Source of the DNA: a bacterium | GTDB taxonomy: Bacteria > Zhuqueibacterota > Zhuqueibacteria > Residuimicrobiales > Krinioviventaceae | Assembly (NCBI GenBank): GCA_963675755.2 | Contig: CAXXMD010000002.1 | Coordinates: forward strand, 320,001-384,000 | Reading direction: 5' to 3' | DNA length: 64,000 bases | Part shown: positions 39,321 through 52,255 of the stretch, one piece after another | Position numbering within the stretch: the first letter of the stretch is position 1 | Layout of the letters: each line of letters begins with the position of its first letter | Notes under the pieces: model-generated | The model's database searches: none | Seen by the model: only the letters and a program-made list of their open reading frames with translations | What the model was told of the DNA's origin: nothing | Position numbers and translations under genes: made by a program

Positions 39321-40246
39321 ATGATCGCGAATAACATTCTGGACGCAATTGGTAATACCCGACTCTTGAAATTACATCGGGTCGTTCCTCAAAATTGTGC
39401 GAATATATATGTCAAACTTGAATGGGAAAATCCCACCGGCAGTATGAAGGACCGGGCAGCTCTTGCTATGATTGAACGGGCCGAGGCCGATGGCAAATTA
39501 AAACCCGGTGATACTATATTGGAATATACAGGCGGCAGTACCGGTATTTCTCTTGCCATGGTTTGTGTGGCAAAGGGATATCCGTTGAAAATTGTTACTT
39601 CCGATGCTTTCAGCAGTGAGAAATTGAATCAGATGAAATCTTTTGGCGCTGAACTGACAATGGTGCCTAGTGAAGGCGGACTCACAACCAAAAAGTTGAT
39701 TCAGGATATGGTTGCAACTGCCAAACAGATGAGCATGAAACCCAATACGTATTGGACAAACCAGTTGGAAAATGTTGACAGTATTTCAGGTTATTATGCC
39801 CTTGCAGAAGAGATTTTACAGCAGACCTACCAAAACATTGACGCGTTTGTTCATAGTGTTGGAACGGGTGCTTCATTACGAGGAGTGGCAACAGTCTTGA
39901 AAAAGTATGCTCCCAACTCCCGGATAGTTGCTGTAGAACCCGCGGAATCCCCGGTATTGTCCGGCGGGCAGCCGGGGCCGCACAAAATAGAAGGCGTGGG
40001 AATTGGTTATACGCCGCCTCTCTGGAAACCTGATCTTGTGGATGAAATTGTACCTGTTGCCACGGATGATGCCAAAGCTTTGTGCAGACGTTTGGCAAAA
40101 GAGGAAGGAATCTATGCGGGACATCTTCCGGAGCAAATGTTGTCGCTGCCATAGAGATTGCAAAAACGCTTCCCCCGGATGCCAATGTTGTAACGCTGAT
40201 GGTTGATTCGGGATTGAAATATGCCAGTACGGATGTATTTAGATAG
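39321..40246 (+). pseudogene. Cysteine synthase family PLP enzyme with a single-base frameshift near the 3' end (true pseudogene or sequencing error)
   Basis: IGNT, KLEWENPTGSMKDR (PLP Lys), VGTGA, HKIEGVG; at EEGIYAG (40116-40121, GCGGGACA) homology continues in the -1 frame as TSSGANVVAA...VVTLMVDSGLKYASTDVFR* ending 40246. Confidence 0.85.
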
Positions 40247-40301
40247 AAAAGTTATAAGATTGAATCAAGTAGATATATTTGAAAATTAAAAGCGAGTATT
40301 T

Positions 40302-40832
40302 ATGAGTACATATATAGCACTATTCAGAGGGATCAATATTGGTGGCAGGAATTTACTGCCCATGAAATCGCTTGTTCCATTACTTGCAGAACTGGGGTGC
40401 AGCGGCATTCAAACCTATATACAAAGCGGCAATGTTGTGCTGGACTGGGAGGGAGGATCTGCAGAATCTCTTGTCAGGGATATCGGTTCTGCTATACAAA
40501 AGCAATTTGGATTTGAACCCAGGGTCTTACTCCTTACCGCAGATGAGCTTGAACAAGCCATTGACAATAATCCCTTTCCAACCGATAACGGCAAGTTCAT
40601 AAGTTTCTTTTTTCTGGATGAAATCCCTGCTCATGCTGATTTTGAGAAAATGGACGAAATCAAAATCGAATCAGAAGCCTACAAGCTGCAAGACAAGGTA
40701 TTCTATTTTTACGCACCTGATGGATTTGGACGATCCAAACTCGCCGCAAAAGCGGAAAAGCTGCTGGGCGTACCGGCAACTGCCCGAAACTGGAATACGG
40801 TTAACAAGCTGAGAGAGATGGTGGGGGGATAA
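40302..40832 (+). CDS. DUF1697 family protein
   Basis: YIALFRGINIGG..LPM, TYIQSGNVV, NNPF, GFGRSKL, ATARNWNTV. Confidence 0.92.
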   Translation: MSTYIALFRGINIGGRNLLPMKSLVPLLAELGCSGIQTYIQSGNVVLDWEGGSAESLVRDIGSAIQKQFGFEPRVLLLTADELEQAIDNNPFPTDNGKFISFFFLDEIPAHADFEKMDEIKIESEAYKLQDKVFYFYAPDGFGRSKLAAKAEKLLGVPATARNWNTVNKLREMVGG

Positions 40833-40865
40833 ATTAAATATATATAGATAGAATATAGTAGATTG

Positions 40866-41243
40866 CTACAACTCTTCAATTTGACGCTTTTTAAATTCCA
40901 GTAATTCAATTTTGCGATTGGTGATCTTGTGGGCCCGGTTGATCTGTTCTTTTTCTTTCATGTCTATTTTTAATAACATTTCTGTTGCTGTGCTTCCGGT
41001 AATGTTTCTTTTCGCCAATTCTCTTTTGGCTTCAATGCGAGTATTTCTAAATCTCTGTTCTAGCTTTAAAAGATGTTCTTCTAAATCCTGTTTTACATGT
41101 TTAATTTTTATATCCATTTCTTCTGGTGTACTGAGTTTGAAATACTGCTCAATCTTTTTCATTTGGAGGGTTTGTCTGTACGCAAGGATTGCCAGGGTAA
41201 GTGAGCCAAGACTGATAAATAGTGCCAAAATGCCTAATATCAT
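40866..41243 (-). CDS. Hypothetical membrane-anchored coiled-coil protein
   Basis: N-terminal hydrophobic helix followed by Lys/Glu-rich heptads; AGGA RBS and consensus promoter upstream. Confidence 0.65.
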   Translation of the reverse strand: MILGILALFISLGSLTLAILAYRQTLQMKKIEQYFKLSTPEEMDIKIKHVKQDLEEHLLKLEQRFRNTRIEAKRELAKRNITGSTATEMLLKIDMKEKEQINRAHKITNRKIELLEFKKRQIEEL

Positions 41244-41308
41244 ATTTCTTCCTGTTTACTGGGGGATCATTATTCTTTTAATAATACTGTTCAGGATAAA
41301 TGCTTAAT

Positions 41309-41337
41309 ATTATACAAATTGTAAGGTTATATGTCAA
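41309..41337 (-). promoter_or_regulatory. Perfect sigma70 consensus promoter TTGACA-N17-TATAAT
   Basis: Minus strand TTGACA (41337-41332), 17 nt, TATAAT (41314-41309), upstream of ORF 40866..41243. Confidence 0.75.
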
Positions 41338-41370
41338 GAACATTGATGCGATTTCGGGATGTATCTAAAC

Positions 41371-41397
41371 AAAAAAAGCCCGCTGTTTAAGCAGGCT
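41371..41397 (-). terminator. Terminator downstream of tRNA-Leu
   Basis: Minus strand AGCCTGCT-TAAAC-AGCGGGCT followed by T-run. Confidence 0.75.
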
Positions 41398-41398
41398 C

Positions 41399-41485
41399 TG
41401 GTGCCGAGGGGGGGAATCGAACCCCCATGGGATTGCTCCCGCTGGATTTTGAATCCAGTGCGTCTACCAATTTCACCACCTCGGC
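41399..41485 (-). tRNA. tRNA-Leu (anticodon CAA)
   Basis: GCCGAGG acceptor, D-loop AATTGGTAGAC, CTGGA-TTCAAAA-TCCAG anticodon arm, long variable arm, GGGGG-TTCGATT-CCCCC, encoded CCA. Confidence 0.96.
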
Positions 41486-41503
41486 GTGAATTGAACGTCA
41501 AAT

Positions 41504-41532
41504 AATATAGCTAATCTTGAATTAAATGTCAA
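41504..41532 (-). promoter_or_regulatory. Sigma70 promoter of tRNA-Leu
   Basis: Minus strand TTGACA-N17-TATATT, ~18 nt upstream of tRNA 5' end. Confidence 0.7.
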
Positions 41533-41649
41533 GAAAAAGATATTAATTTGTGCATTTGTTTTTCATTGATTTTTAATCAGGAATGATTAAATTAATAGAT
41601 TCTTGTAAATTTGATGTTTTTTATATAACCCATATCTTCAGGAGATATA

Positions 41650-42876
41650 ATGAAAAAACAAACAATTGACGATCTTGCCTTAAAGGGCAAACGCGTTATG
41701 ATGCGCGTGGATTTTAATGTTCCGCTGACTAGTGATAAAACCGTTGCGGATGATAAACGAATTGTTGCTGCATTACCATCTATAAAAAAAGTTGTGGATG
41801 AAGGCGGTAAAGCTATTTTAATGTCTCACCTGGGTCGTCCCGGTGGCCAGGTTGCTCCCGAGTTTTCATTAAAACCCGTTGCTGATCATTTGGGTACCCT
41901 GTTGGGCAAACCCGTTGTATTTGCTCCCGATTGTGTTGGCGATGAAGTTGATGCACTGGTTGCCAAAATGAATGACGGCGATGTTCTCTTGCTTGAAAAC
42001 CTGCGTTTTCATCCTGAAGAAGAAGGCAAAAAAGATGGCGCAAAAATGACCCCCGAAGAACGCCAATGGTTCATTGATGGACTTGCTAAAAATGCTGACC
42101 TGTATGTGGACGATGCTTTTGGTACTGCGCATCGCGCGCACGCATCCATGTCAGGTGTACCTGAAAAACTGGGACAAGGTGCTGCCGGTTACCTGCTGCA
42201 AAAAGAACTTGAATACTTTGCCAAAGTGTTCGATGCACCTGAACGTCCGTTGCTGGCTATTCTGGGTGGTGCCAAAGTTAGCGACAAGATCCTTGTGATT
42301 GAAAACCTGCTTGAAAAAGTCGACAGTCTTATGATCGGTGGCGCAATGGCTTATACCTTTTTAAAAGCCAAAGGCATTGCTGTTGGTAATTCACGCGTTG
42401 AAGAAGATTTTGTAGAAAAAGCAAAAGAATATATTGAAAAAGCTAAAGCTAAAAACGTAACCTTGTTGTTGCCTGTTGATCATGTTGTAGCATCAGAATT
42501 TCCCGCAGACGGTGTTGATGTAACTCCCCAGGTAACTGAAGGTGAAGCAATTGCAGACGGCATGATGGGCCTGGATATTGGTCCTAAATCAGTTGAATTG
42601 TATGTCGCCGAAGTTAAAAAATCAAAGACCGTTATTTGGAACGGACCTATGGGTGTATTTGAAGTCAAAGGTTTTGATAATGGTACTTATACACTGGCAG
42701 AAGCTATTGCAGAAGGCGATTGTGTTTCTGTTGTTGGTGGTGGTGATTCAGCAAGCGCGGCTAAAAAATCCGGTCATGGCAGCAAGTTTAGCCATATCTC
42801 TACCGGTGGTGGTGCAAGTCTTGAATTGATGGAAGGCAAGCTGTTACCAGGTGTTGCCGCTCTGACTGCTAAATAA
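41650..42876 (+). CDS. pgk: Phosphoglycerate kinase
   Basis: [71 protein letters not shown]. Confidence 0.98.
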   Translation: MKKQTIDDLALKGKRVMMRVDFNVPLTSDKTVADDKRIVAALPSIKKVVDEGGKAILMSHLGRPGGQVAPEFSLKPVADHLGTLLGKPVVFAPDCVGDEVDALVAKMNDGDVLLLENLRFHPEEEGKKDGAKMTPEERQWFIDGLAKNADLYVDDAFGTAHRAHASMSGVPEKLGQGAAGYLLQKELEYFAKVFDAPERPLLAILGGAKVSDKILVIENLLEKVDSLMIGGAMAYTFLKAKGIAVGNSRVEEDFVEKAKEYIEKAKAKNVTLLLPVDHVVASEFPADGVDVTPQVTEGEAIADGMMGLDIGPKSVELYVAEVKKSKTVIWNGPMGVFEVKGFDNGTYTLAEAIAEGDCVSVVGGGDSASAAKKSGHGSKFSHISTGGGASLELMEGKLLPGVAALTAK

Positions 42877-42893
42877 AAAATATTGATTTTGTC

Positions 42894-42926
42894 AAGCCGG
42901 GTATGAAAATATCCGGCTTTTTTTTT
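42894..42926 (+). terminator. Rho-independent terminator of pgk
   Basis: AAGCCGGGTAT-gaaa-ATATCCGGCTT followed by T-run. Confidence 0.85.
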
Positions 42927-42954
42927 GTAACATTCTACTCTTCTCCCCGTTTAA
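42926..42954 (+). promoter_or_regulatory. Candidate ECF-sigma promoter TGTAAC-N16-CGTTTAA
   Basis: AAC/CGT elements with 16-nt spacing ~30 nt upstream of ORF 42985. Confidence 0.4.
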
Positions 42955-42984
42955 GGTGCTGTAAAAGGAATTTATGGAGGCATC

Positions 42985-43584
42985 ATGAAACGCATCATAT
43001 TAATCATATTTTTATTTTCAATTTCTGCTTTTTCCCAGGAAACACTCTTGCCCGAACATTTTGAGTCCGGTGGTTTTGGTGGCCCGGTTGTGAAATTTAC
43101 CCAGATACAGGGAGAAAATTCGGTCCTCATTGGAGGCAGGGGAGGCTGGATTATTGGTCATCAATTGATTCTGGGTGGCGGCGGTTATGGCCTTGCCAAC
43201 TCGATGGATATACCTGAATATCAAATCAATAACAAACCTGCAGAAATGCATTTTGGTTATGGTGGTCTGGAACTGGAATATATAATCCATCCGACCAATC
43301 TTGTGCATTCTTCGGTTTATTGTCTTTTTGGCGGTGGAGTAGTAGAGTATGCTGACAATGACGGCCTAAAATGGAGTGATTCGGGTGGTTATACTGCCAC
43401 AGCAATGGATGAAGTTTGGGTAATAGAACCGGCTGTGAATGCAACTGTAAATATTGCAACCTTTTTCAGGATCAGTACCGGAGTCTCGTATCGGATGGTT
43501 GGAGGAACAAAGCTTGCAGGTACCAGCAATTCTGATTTGTCCGGTGCTGCTGTAAATCTAACATTCCGGTTCGGCAAATTCTAA
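42985..43584 (+). CDS. Small outer-membrane beta-barrel protein, function unknown
   Basis: Signal peptide, Gly-rich alternating strands (GGFGGPVVK, GGRGGW, FGYGGLELEY), terminal FRFGKF; GGAGG RBS. Confidence 0.75.
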   Translation: MKRIILIIFLFSISAFSQETLLPEHFESGGFGGPVVKFTQIQGENSVLIGGRGGWIIGHQLILGGGGYGLANSMDIPEYQINNKPAEMHFGYGGLELEYIIHPTNLVHSSVYCLFGGGVVEYADNDGLKWSDSGGYTATAMDEVWVIEPAVNATVNIATFFRISTGVSYRMVGGTKLAGTSNSDLSGAAVNLTFRFGKF

Positions 43585-43667
43585 TATATTCTTTATTACA
43601 TGAAATTGTTGGTTTTATATTTTTATAATTATGTTTATATTGTCCATTATAAAAGAGGAAATATATA

Positions 43668-44534
43668 ATGGACAATGTACTTTTAGATCAGATAAAAAGT
43701 TATCAAAAAAATGAAATAACAGAATATCATATTTATACCCGCCTATCCAAAATTGTAAAAAATAAAGAAAATTCAGAAATCCTTTTAAAAATTGGCAAAG
43801 AAGAGCTGGCTCATTATAAAAAATGGAAAGCCATTTCTGGCAAAGAAGTGAAACCCAATCGCTTAAAAATTCTTTTCTTTGTTTTTATAAGCCGCATATT
43901 TGGCTTTACCTTTGCAATCAAATTGATGGAGATGGGGGAAGAAGACGCGCAGGACAATTACGAGTTGATCATTCCGCATTACCCGGAAGCAGAACAAATC
44001 ATGCGGGAAGAGAATGAGCATGAAGAGCGTCTAATGGGGATGCTGAATGAAGAACGCTTGCATTATATCGGCTCAATTGTTTTAGGCCTTAACGATGCTC
44101 TGGTTGAATTAACAGGTGCATTGGCCGGTTTAACCCTTGCATTGCAGAATACCCGTCTTATTGCTCTAACCGGTTTAATTACCGGCATTGCTGCATCGCT
44201 TTCAATGGCTGCTTCTGAATATCTTTCCACAAAAACCGAAGAAACGGTACGCCATCCGGTCAAAGCATCTTTGTATACCGGTACGGCCTATGTTATTACT
44301 GTTACCTTGTTGATATTGCCTTATTTGTTTTTAACAAACTATTTTATTTGTCTGGCAACTACAATGCTTGTCGCAGTAATGATTATTGCATTATTTAATT
44401 ATTACGTTGCGGTAGTAGACGATGTATCTTTTAAGAAACGCTTTTTTGAAATGGCAGGACTCAGTTTTGGAGTTGCCGCATTTAGTTTTGTGATTGGTAT
44501 TCTGGTAAGACATTTTCTGGGAGTTGACATTTAA
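43668..44534 (+). CDS. VIT1/CCC1 transporter with N-terminal rubrerythrin/ferritin-like domain
   Basis: QKNEITE, EELAH, ME.GE, EENEHE di-iron-type motifs; VLGLNDALVELTGALAG and SLSMAASEYLS VIT1 motifs. Confidence 0.9.
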   Translation: MDNVLLDQIKSYQKNEITEYHIYTRLSKIVKNKENSEILLKIGKEELAHYKKWKAISGKEVKPNRLKILFFVFISRIFGFTFAIKLMEMGEEDAQDNYELIIPHYPEAEQIMREENEHEERLMGMLNEERLHYIGSIVLGLNDALVELTGALAGLTLALQNTRLIALTGLITGIAASLSMAASEYLSTKTEETVRHPVKASLYTGTAYVITVTLLILPYLFLTNYFICLATTMLVAVMIIALFNYYVAVVDDVSFKKRFFEMAGLSFGVAAFSFVIGILVRHFLGVDI

Positions 44535-44631
44535 GATATTTTTGTGAGCTTATTTATTTTCTTGCTATTCCTACCGGATTTGTATACATTTTAATATCCA
44601 TTTTTTCATTGTTTAATAAAGGGGCACTTCA

Positions 44632-47600
44632 ATGAAAAACCTAAAATGTTTTTTTATCATTTTATTACTCACTGTCAATGTTTTTTCATTCGAACAGATT
44701 GCGCACTGGCCGGGTGGTCCCTGTCAAAGTGTTGCCATAAATGACAATTATGCTTTTATGTCAAGCGGTGGATTTCTGAGAGTTGTTGATCTGAAATCCC
44801 TGACATTGATATCCAATACAGAAGCTGCTGACCAAATTGTCTCAATGGTTGCTAACGGTAATCACCTGTATATTGCTACTGTGAGCACTGGTGTGGTGAT
44901 TTATGATGTAACTGATGGAACTGAACCCCAACAAGCAGCAATTATACCTGTATATGCTATGGACTGCTCAATCTATGGCGACAGGTTATATATTGCTTCT
45001 TCAACATACGGTCTCAGTATTTATGATATTACTGATCCTGCAAATCCGCTTTTAGTAGGAAGTGGAAATGCCTGGGGATATACCCGAGGGGTGGCCGTAA
45101 AAGGAGATTATGCGTATATCCCGCAGAGTAGCATGGGGCTAAAGGCTGTAAATATATCAGATCCTTCAGATATCTCACAGTTCTCCGAGGTTCCCATAAC
45201 AAACCGCACCGCTACTATTGTTAAAGTTTATGGTGATTATCTCTATGTAGGATCCTGGGGAGAAGATGGCTTCGAGATTTTTGATGTCTCTGATCCTGGT
45301 AATCCAGTATCCGTAAAATATGTGGATGTTAGCAGCTCTTATAAATTCGAGTTTATTGACAATTACCTGTTCCTTGCTGCAGTTGGTGATCATTTGAAAA
45401 TATATGATATAACCAATCCTGTTGAAATCACAGAGCTAATGGAATTTGATGATGTAGCTCCTTATGATGTGGCTGTAGTTAAGGATTACGTTTGTATGGC
45501 TGATCATGAAGACGGAATGTATGTACTGCCATTGGATGATGAAATGACCCCAAAGCGTATAAAATCATTTGATCTTTCATTTTCCACCTTGAAAATGTAC
45601 GCTAATGGACCACTATTATTTTTTCCAATAGGGCATGATGGATTAAGAATTTTGGATGTATCTGATCCGTTGAATATTGTTGACTATGAGCAATTTGATA
45701 TTCAGGTTTCATCTGTAGCTTTTTATAATAATCTGGCTTTTGTTACTTATAATGATAATATTCGTATTGTAGATATGTCTGATCCTTCTAATCCCCAGGA
45801 ATTATCAACCATTAAAACAACGGACAGAGGTTTGGGTGTTCTGGTCCAATATCCCTACATATTTATTTATTGTACCCAAACAGTGATCGATTCTTATCAT
45901 CTGGAAGTTTATAATATTTCTGATCCTGCTAATCCCGTCAAGTTGAGTACGTTATCCGGTGCATCTTCATATTTCACTGCAGAATATTATAACAATTATT
46001 TGTTATTGGCTTGTAATGACAATAAAGTCCATTGTGTGAATGTAGCTGATCCTGAGAATATGGAATTTGTTTCCAAATCTGTTTTTTCTGATTCTGTGTT
46101 TTATTTCTGGATGAAAGATAATTATTTGTATATGACAGATTCAAATCAGATCACAAAAACCTATGATATGACTGATCCGCTTGCGCCAGAATTTATTAGT
46201 TCCACACCAAATAGCTCACTTTATTCCAGACCTCTGTTTTATAATAACCTGGCTTACGCGAATGGTTTTATGGGCACAGACATTTATGATTTTTCCGATC
46301 CAGCTTACCCTGTGTTAAAGGGATTTATTAGTCATGGTGGATACATTGGCAGCAAGGCCATTGCAAACGGCAGGTTGTTTGTACAAAAGGTGATAATGGA
46401 AGACAAGCTGCAGATCTTTGACTTGTCACAGCCTCTTAATCCGGGTGAACTTGGACTGTTTACCGCAATAGACGGGAGCAAAGCTGTTATCGCCAAAGAT
46501 GGTATAGCTTTTATCGCAGCAAATAGTGGTGGCTTGCGGATTTTTGATTTTTCTCAAACCGATGATCCTCAAATCGCTCAAATTAAATTCTCCGGCAAGG
46601 TAGTGGATTTGGCCATGCAAAACGATTATTTATTCCTTGCCGAATCTGAATACGGAATGCATGTAGTAAATGTTTCTGATCCTGCTCATCCTGTTGTTGT
46701 TGGGGAATATCATCCCAATACCAATAGTGCCGTTGGGGATATCATCATAAATGGACAGTATGCTTATCTGACTGGCGGACCTTATAATGATGTGCTTGAT
46801 ATCAGCGATCCTGAAAATCCTGAATATGTTGCGGATATGCCAACAGCCGGTAACAATTCCCAGGGTCAGGTTTTAAACAATTATTTATATCTGGCTGATC
46901 AATATAATGGATTAAAAGTACTGGATGTTAGTGATCCGCAGAATGTCACTTTGTTAAAGACAGTTGAAACAGATGGTTATTTTATGGATGTCTGTATACA
47001 TAATAATTATGCTTATATCGCCGATATAAATAATCATTTATTGCGGGTATTTGATTTAACTGATCCCTTGAATCCAACTCAGGTTTCCTCTCTGGAATTT
47101 CCATATGCCCCGGTTAGTGATATATGTATATATGATCATTATGCTCTGGTTGCCTGTGATTACAGCGGTATTTATATTGTAGATATAGAGGACCCACTGA
47201 ATCCTGTGAATGTCGGACGTTTTTACATTTATAATGCTGAATTTACAGATGTAACGGTTGAAAATGGTTATATCTATGCAACGGATGCAGTAACTGGTGT
47301 TTACAAACTGGGTGATGAATTGATCACAGCCATTGAAGAAGCATCAGCTGCACCCCTTAGTTTTCGGTTATTCGATAATTATCCCAATCCATTTAATCCG
47401 GTAACCACCATAACCTATACATTGCCCGAACATGCTTCTGTGAAAATCGATATATTCAATATTAACGGACAGCTTGTGAAAACTTGTGTAGACATGAAGC
47501 AAGGTCCCGGAGTTCAAATTACCCAATGGGATGGTAAAACCGGGCAGGGAGTGCCTGTTTCATCAGGACTCTATTTTTACAGGATACATGCTGGTATGTA

Positions 47601-47634
47601 TACAGAAACTAAAAAGATGATGCTAATACGATAA
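44632..47634 (+). CDS. LVIVD-repeat protein with C-terminal sorting domain
   Basis: Many repeats of YAY/YLY..GL.I.D(V/I)SDP.NP; C-terminal DNYPNPFNPVT...SSGLYFY...KKMMLIR. Confidence 0.9.
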   Translation: MKNLKCFFIILLLTVNVFSFEQIAHWPGGPCQSVAINDNYAFMSSGGFLRVVDLKSLTLISNTEAADQIVSMVANGNHLYIATVSTGVVIYDVTDGTEPQQAAIIPVYAMDCSIYGDRLYIASSTYGLSIYDITDPANPLLVGSGNAWGYTRGVAVKGDYAYIPQSSMGLKAVNISDPSDISQFSEVPITNRTATIVKVYGDYLYVGSWGEDGFEIFDVSDPGNPVSVKYVDVSSSYKFEFIDNYLFLAAVGDHLKIYDITNPVEITELMEFDDVAPYDVAVVKDYVCMADHEDGMYVLPLDDEMTPKRIKSFDLSFSTLKMYANGPLLFFPIGHDGLRILDVSDPLNIVDYEQFDIQVSSVAFYNNLAFVTYNDNIRIVDMSDPSNPQELSTIKTTDRGLGVLVQYPYIFIYCTQTVIDSYHLEVYNISDPANPVKLSTLSGASSYFTAEYYNNYLLLACNDNKVHCVNVADPENMEFVSKSVFSDSVFYFWMKDNYLYMTDSNQITKTYDMTDPLAPEFISSTPNSSLYSRPLFYNNLAYANGFMGTDIYDFSDPAYPVLKGFISHGGYIGSKAIANGRLFVQKVIMEDKLQIFDLSQPLNPGELGLFTAIDGSKAVIAKDGIAFIAANSGGLRIFDFSQTDDPQIAQIKFSGKVVDLAMQNDYLFLAESEYGMHVVNVSDPAHPVVVGEYHPNTNSAVGDIIINGQYAYLTGGPYNDVLDISDPENPEYVADMPTAGNNSQGQVLNNYLYLADQYNGLKVLDVSDPQNVTLLKTVETDGYFMDVCIHNNYAYIADINNHLLRVFDLTDPLNPTQVSSLEFPYAPVSDICIYDHYALVACDYSGIYIVDIEDPLNPVNVGRFYIYNAEFTDVTVENGYIYATDAVTGVYKLGDELITAIEEASAAPLSFRLFDNYPNPFNPVTTITYTLPEHASVKIDIFNINGQLVKTCVDMKQGPGVQITQWDGKTGQGVPVSSGLYFYRIHAGMYTETKKMMLIR

Positions 47635-47642
47635 GGAATAAC

Positions 47643-48374
47643 ATGAGAACTCGTTTTTATTTGATGGTTTTATTAATAGGATTATTACTGTCATGTACTA
47701 CAGAAAAATCACCCTTTGCAGTCAATACCGATGAAACAGATGCTGAAATTGATGACCAGGCTTTAACGGCTAATACGATTTGCAGAACTGTGAATGGCCA
47801 GGAATGTGTTGTTTATTATCAGGAATATAATCTAAACAATAAAGAGGTTATTGCTCCGGATTCTGTAATATCCAGAGCTTTTACTCATATTGTAGATAAG
47901 GTTGGAAAAGAATATGCAGAACAGTATTTTACCTTGCATTCTGCAAGCCATACAGCCTATCCACGCATATGGATGACGAGTGATTCGTGCTATTATTTTT
48001 ATTATGAATACAAGGTAACTATTAATGATTATACTACAATACTACCAGTAAGGTTTTCAACAGATCTAGAAGGTGACTTGTTATCCGGTTCAAGTTTACC
48101 TGAGCGAATAGCTAATCCTAAATTGGGAATGCCCATTGCTATTAGTGATTCAGTGGCAGTTTTGTTGGCGCAGAATGATGGACTACCAGGTAGTATTGAT
48201 CCTTTTGAGATTACCTTTACTATATTAAAAAACAATAATAATGAATACACATATTGTTGGTATATTAAGAGTTTTGTATGGGGTAGAACCAGTGGACAAT
48301 ATATTAAGATTGATGCCGCAAATGGAGATTTGCTTGATAGCGGAGGCTTTATTGTTGCAACGCCTGTAGGATGA
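47643..48374 (+). CDS. Hypothetical lipoprotein
   Basis: Lipobox LLSC; AGGA RBS overlapping the previous stop; PepSY-like tail YCWYI...IDAANGDLL. Confidence 0.7.
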   Translation: MRTRFYLMVLLIGLLLSCTTEKSPFAVNTDETDAEIDDQALTANTICRTVNGQECVVYYQEYNLNNKEVIAPDSVISRAFTHIVDKVGKEYAEQYFTLHSASHTAYPRIWMTSDSCYYFYYEYKVTINDYTTILPVRFSTDLEGDLLSGSSLPERIANPKLGMPIAISDSVAVLLAQNDGLPGSIDPFEITFTILKNNNNEYTYCWYIKSFVWGRTSGQYIKIDAANGDLLDSGGFIVATPVG

Positions 48375-48512
48375 TTTTTTTAGTCAGTGTTTTTTGGGGA
48401 TTAATGGGATAATAGTTACACCAGGATGCTTGCCTCTCTATGTATAGGGTAGCTCGGGTGGTATTGATTCAATATTTCCGTTCTATTTATCTCGCCAATC
48501 ACATAAAAAAAG

Positions 48513-48607
48513 CGGGAATGTGTGGGAATCGAACCCACCCAGGACGGGGACACCGCCCCACAACGGGTTTGAAGCCCGCGGGCACCACCAGGTCACCTTT
48601 CATTCCC
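48513..48607 (-). tRNA. selC: tRNA-Sec (anticodon UCA)
   Basis: GGGAATG acceptor, extended D arm with TGGT loop, GCGGG-CTTCAAA-CCCGT anticodon arm, long variable arm, GTGGG-TTCGATT-CCCAC, G discriminator; ~95 nt; CCA not encoded. Confidence 0.9.
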
Positions 48608-48674
48608 GTGTTTTTAATATAACAATTTTAGCAATATTTCAAATAGAATTGTTACTGATCTGTTTTAAATTTAA

Positions 48675-51965
<3,291 letters not shown>

Positions 51966-51970
51966 AATGT

Positions 51971-52005
51971 ACCCCTGCTGGTTTGATCGATCAGCAGGGG
52001 TTTTT
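51971..52005 (+). terminator. Rho-independent terminator
   Basis: ACCCCTGCTG...CAGCAGGGGT followed by T-run. Confidence 0.85.
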
Positions 52006-52255
52006 ACTTTTAGCCAATAATTACTTAATTAGCTGCAAAATTTTAAAAATAATAAAAATATTATTTGATCTTTACAATCTAAACAACTATAATGAAATGT
52101 AAATTAATGTAACTTATAGTCTCGCCGTAATCAATACAAGCTCTTTCATTTTTTATTTAATCCGTTTGCAGTATAGTAATTTTTTACATAATTGAATCGG
52201 TTAAATGAAACTTCTTTTCATAAAAAATCACATCTAATCAAACTTGGACAGTACT

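Noticed and set aside
39682-40185. 167-aa antisense ORF and the many other short overlapping ORFs in the track (e.g. 9481..10056, 31388..31846, 40912..41307, 265..513)
   Set aside because: Shadow frames of well-supported genes, with no recognisable motifs
44632-47300. Periodic GATCC/AATCC motifs as a CRISPR or DNA repeat array
   Set aside because: They encode the D-P/N-P of LVIVD protein repeats; there are no identical repeats with unique spacers
48419-48462. Imperfect hairpin CACC...GGTG between the lipoprotein gene and selC as an ncRNA
   Set aside because: Weak, irregular pairing and no recognisable RNA family motif; could be a degenerate terminator
41399-48607. Integrated element bounded by the two tRNAs
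   Set aside because: Interval contains housekeeping pgk; no integrase or att direct repeats found
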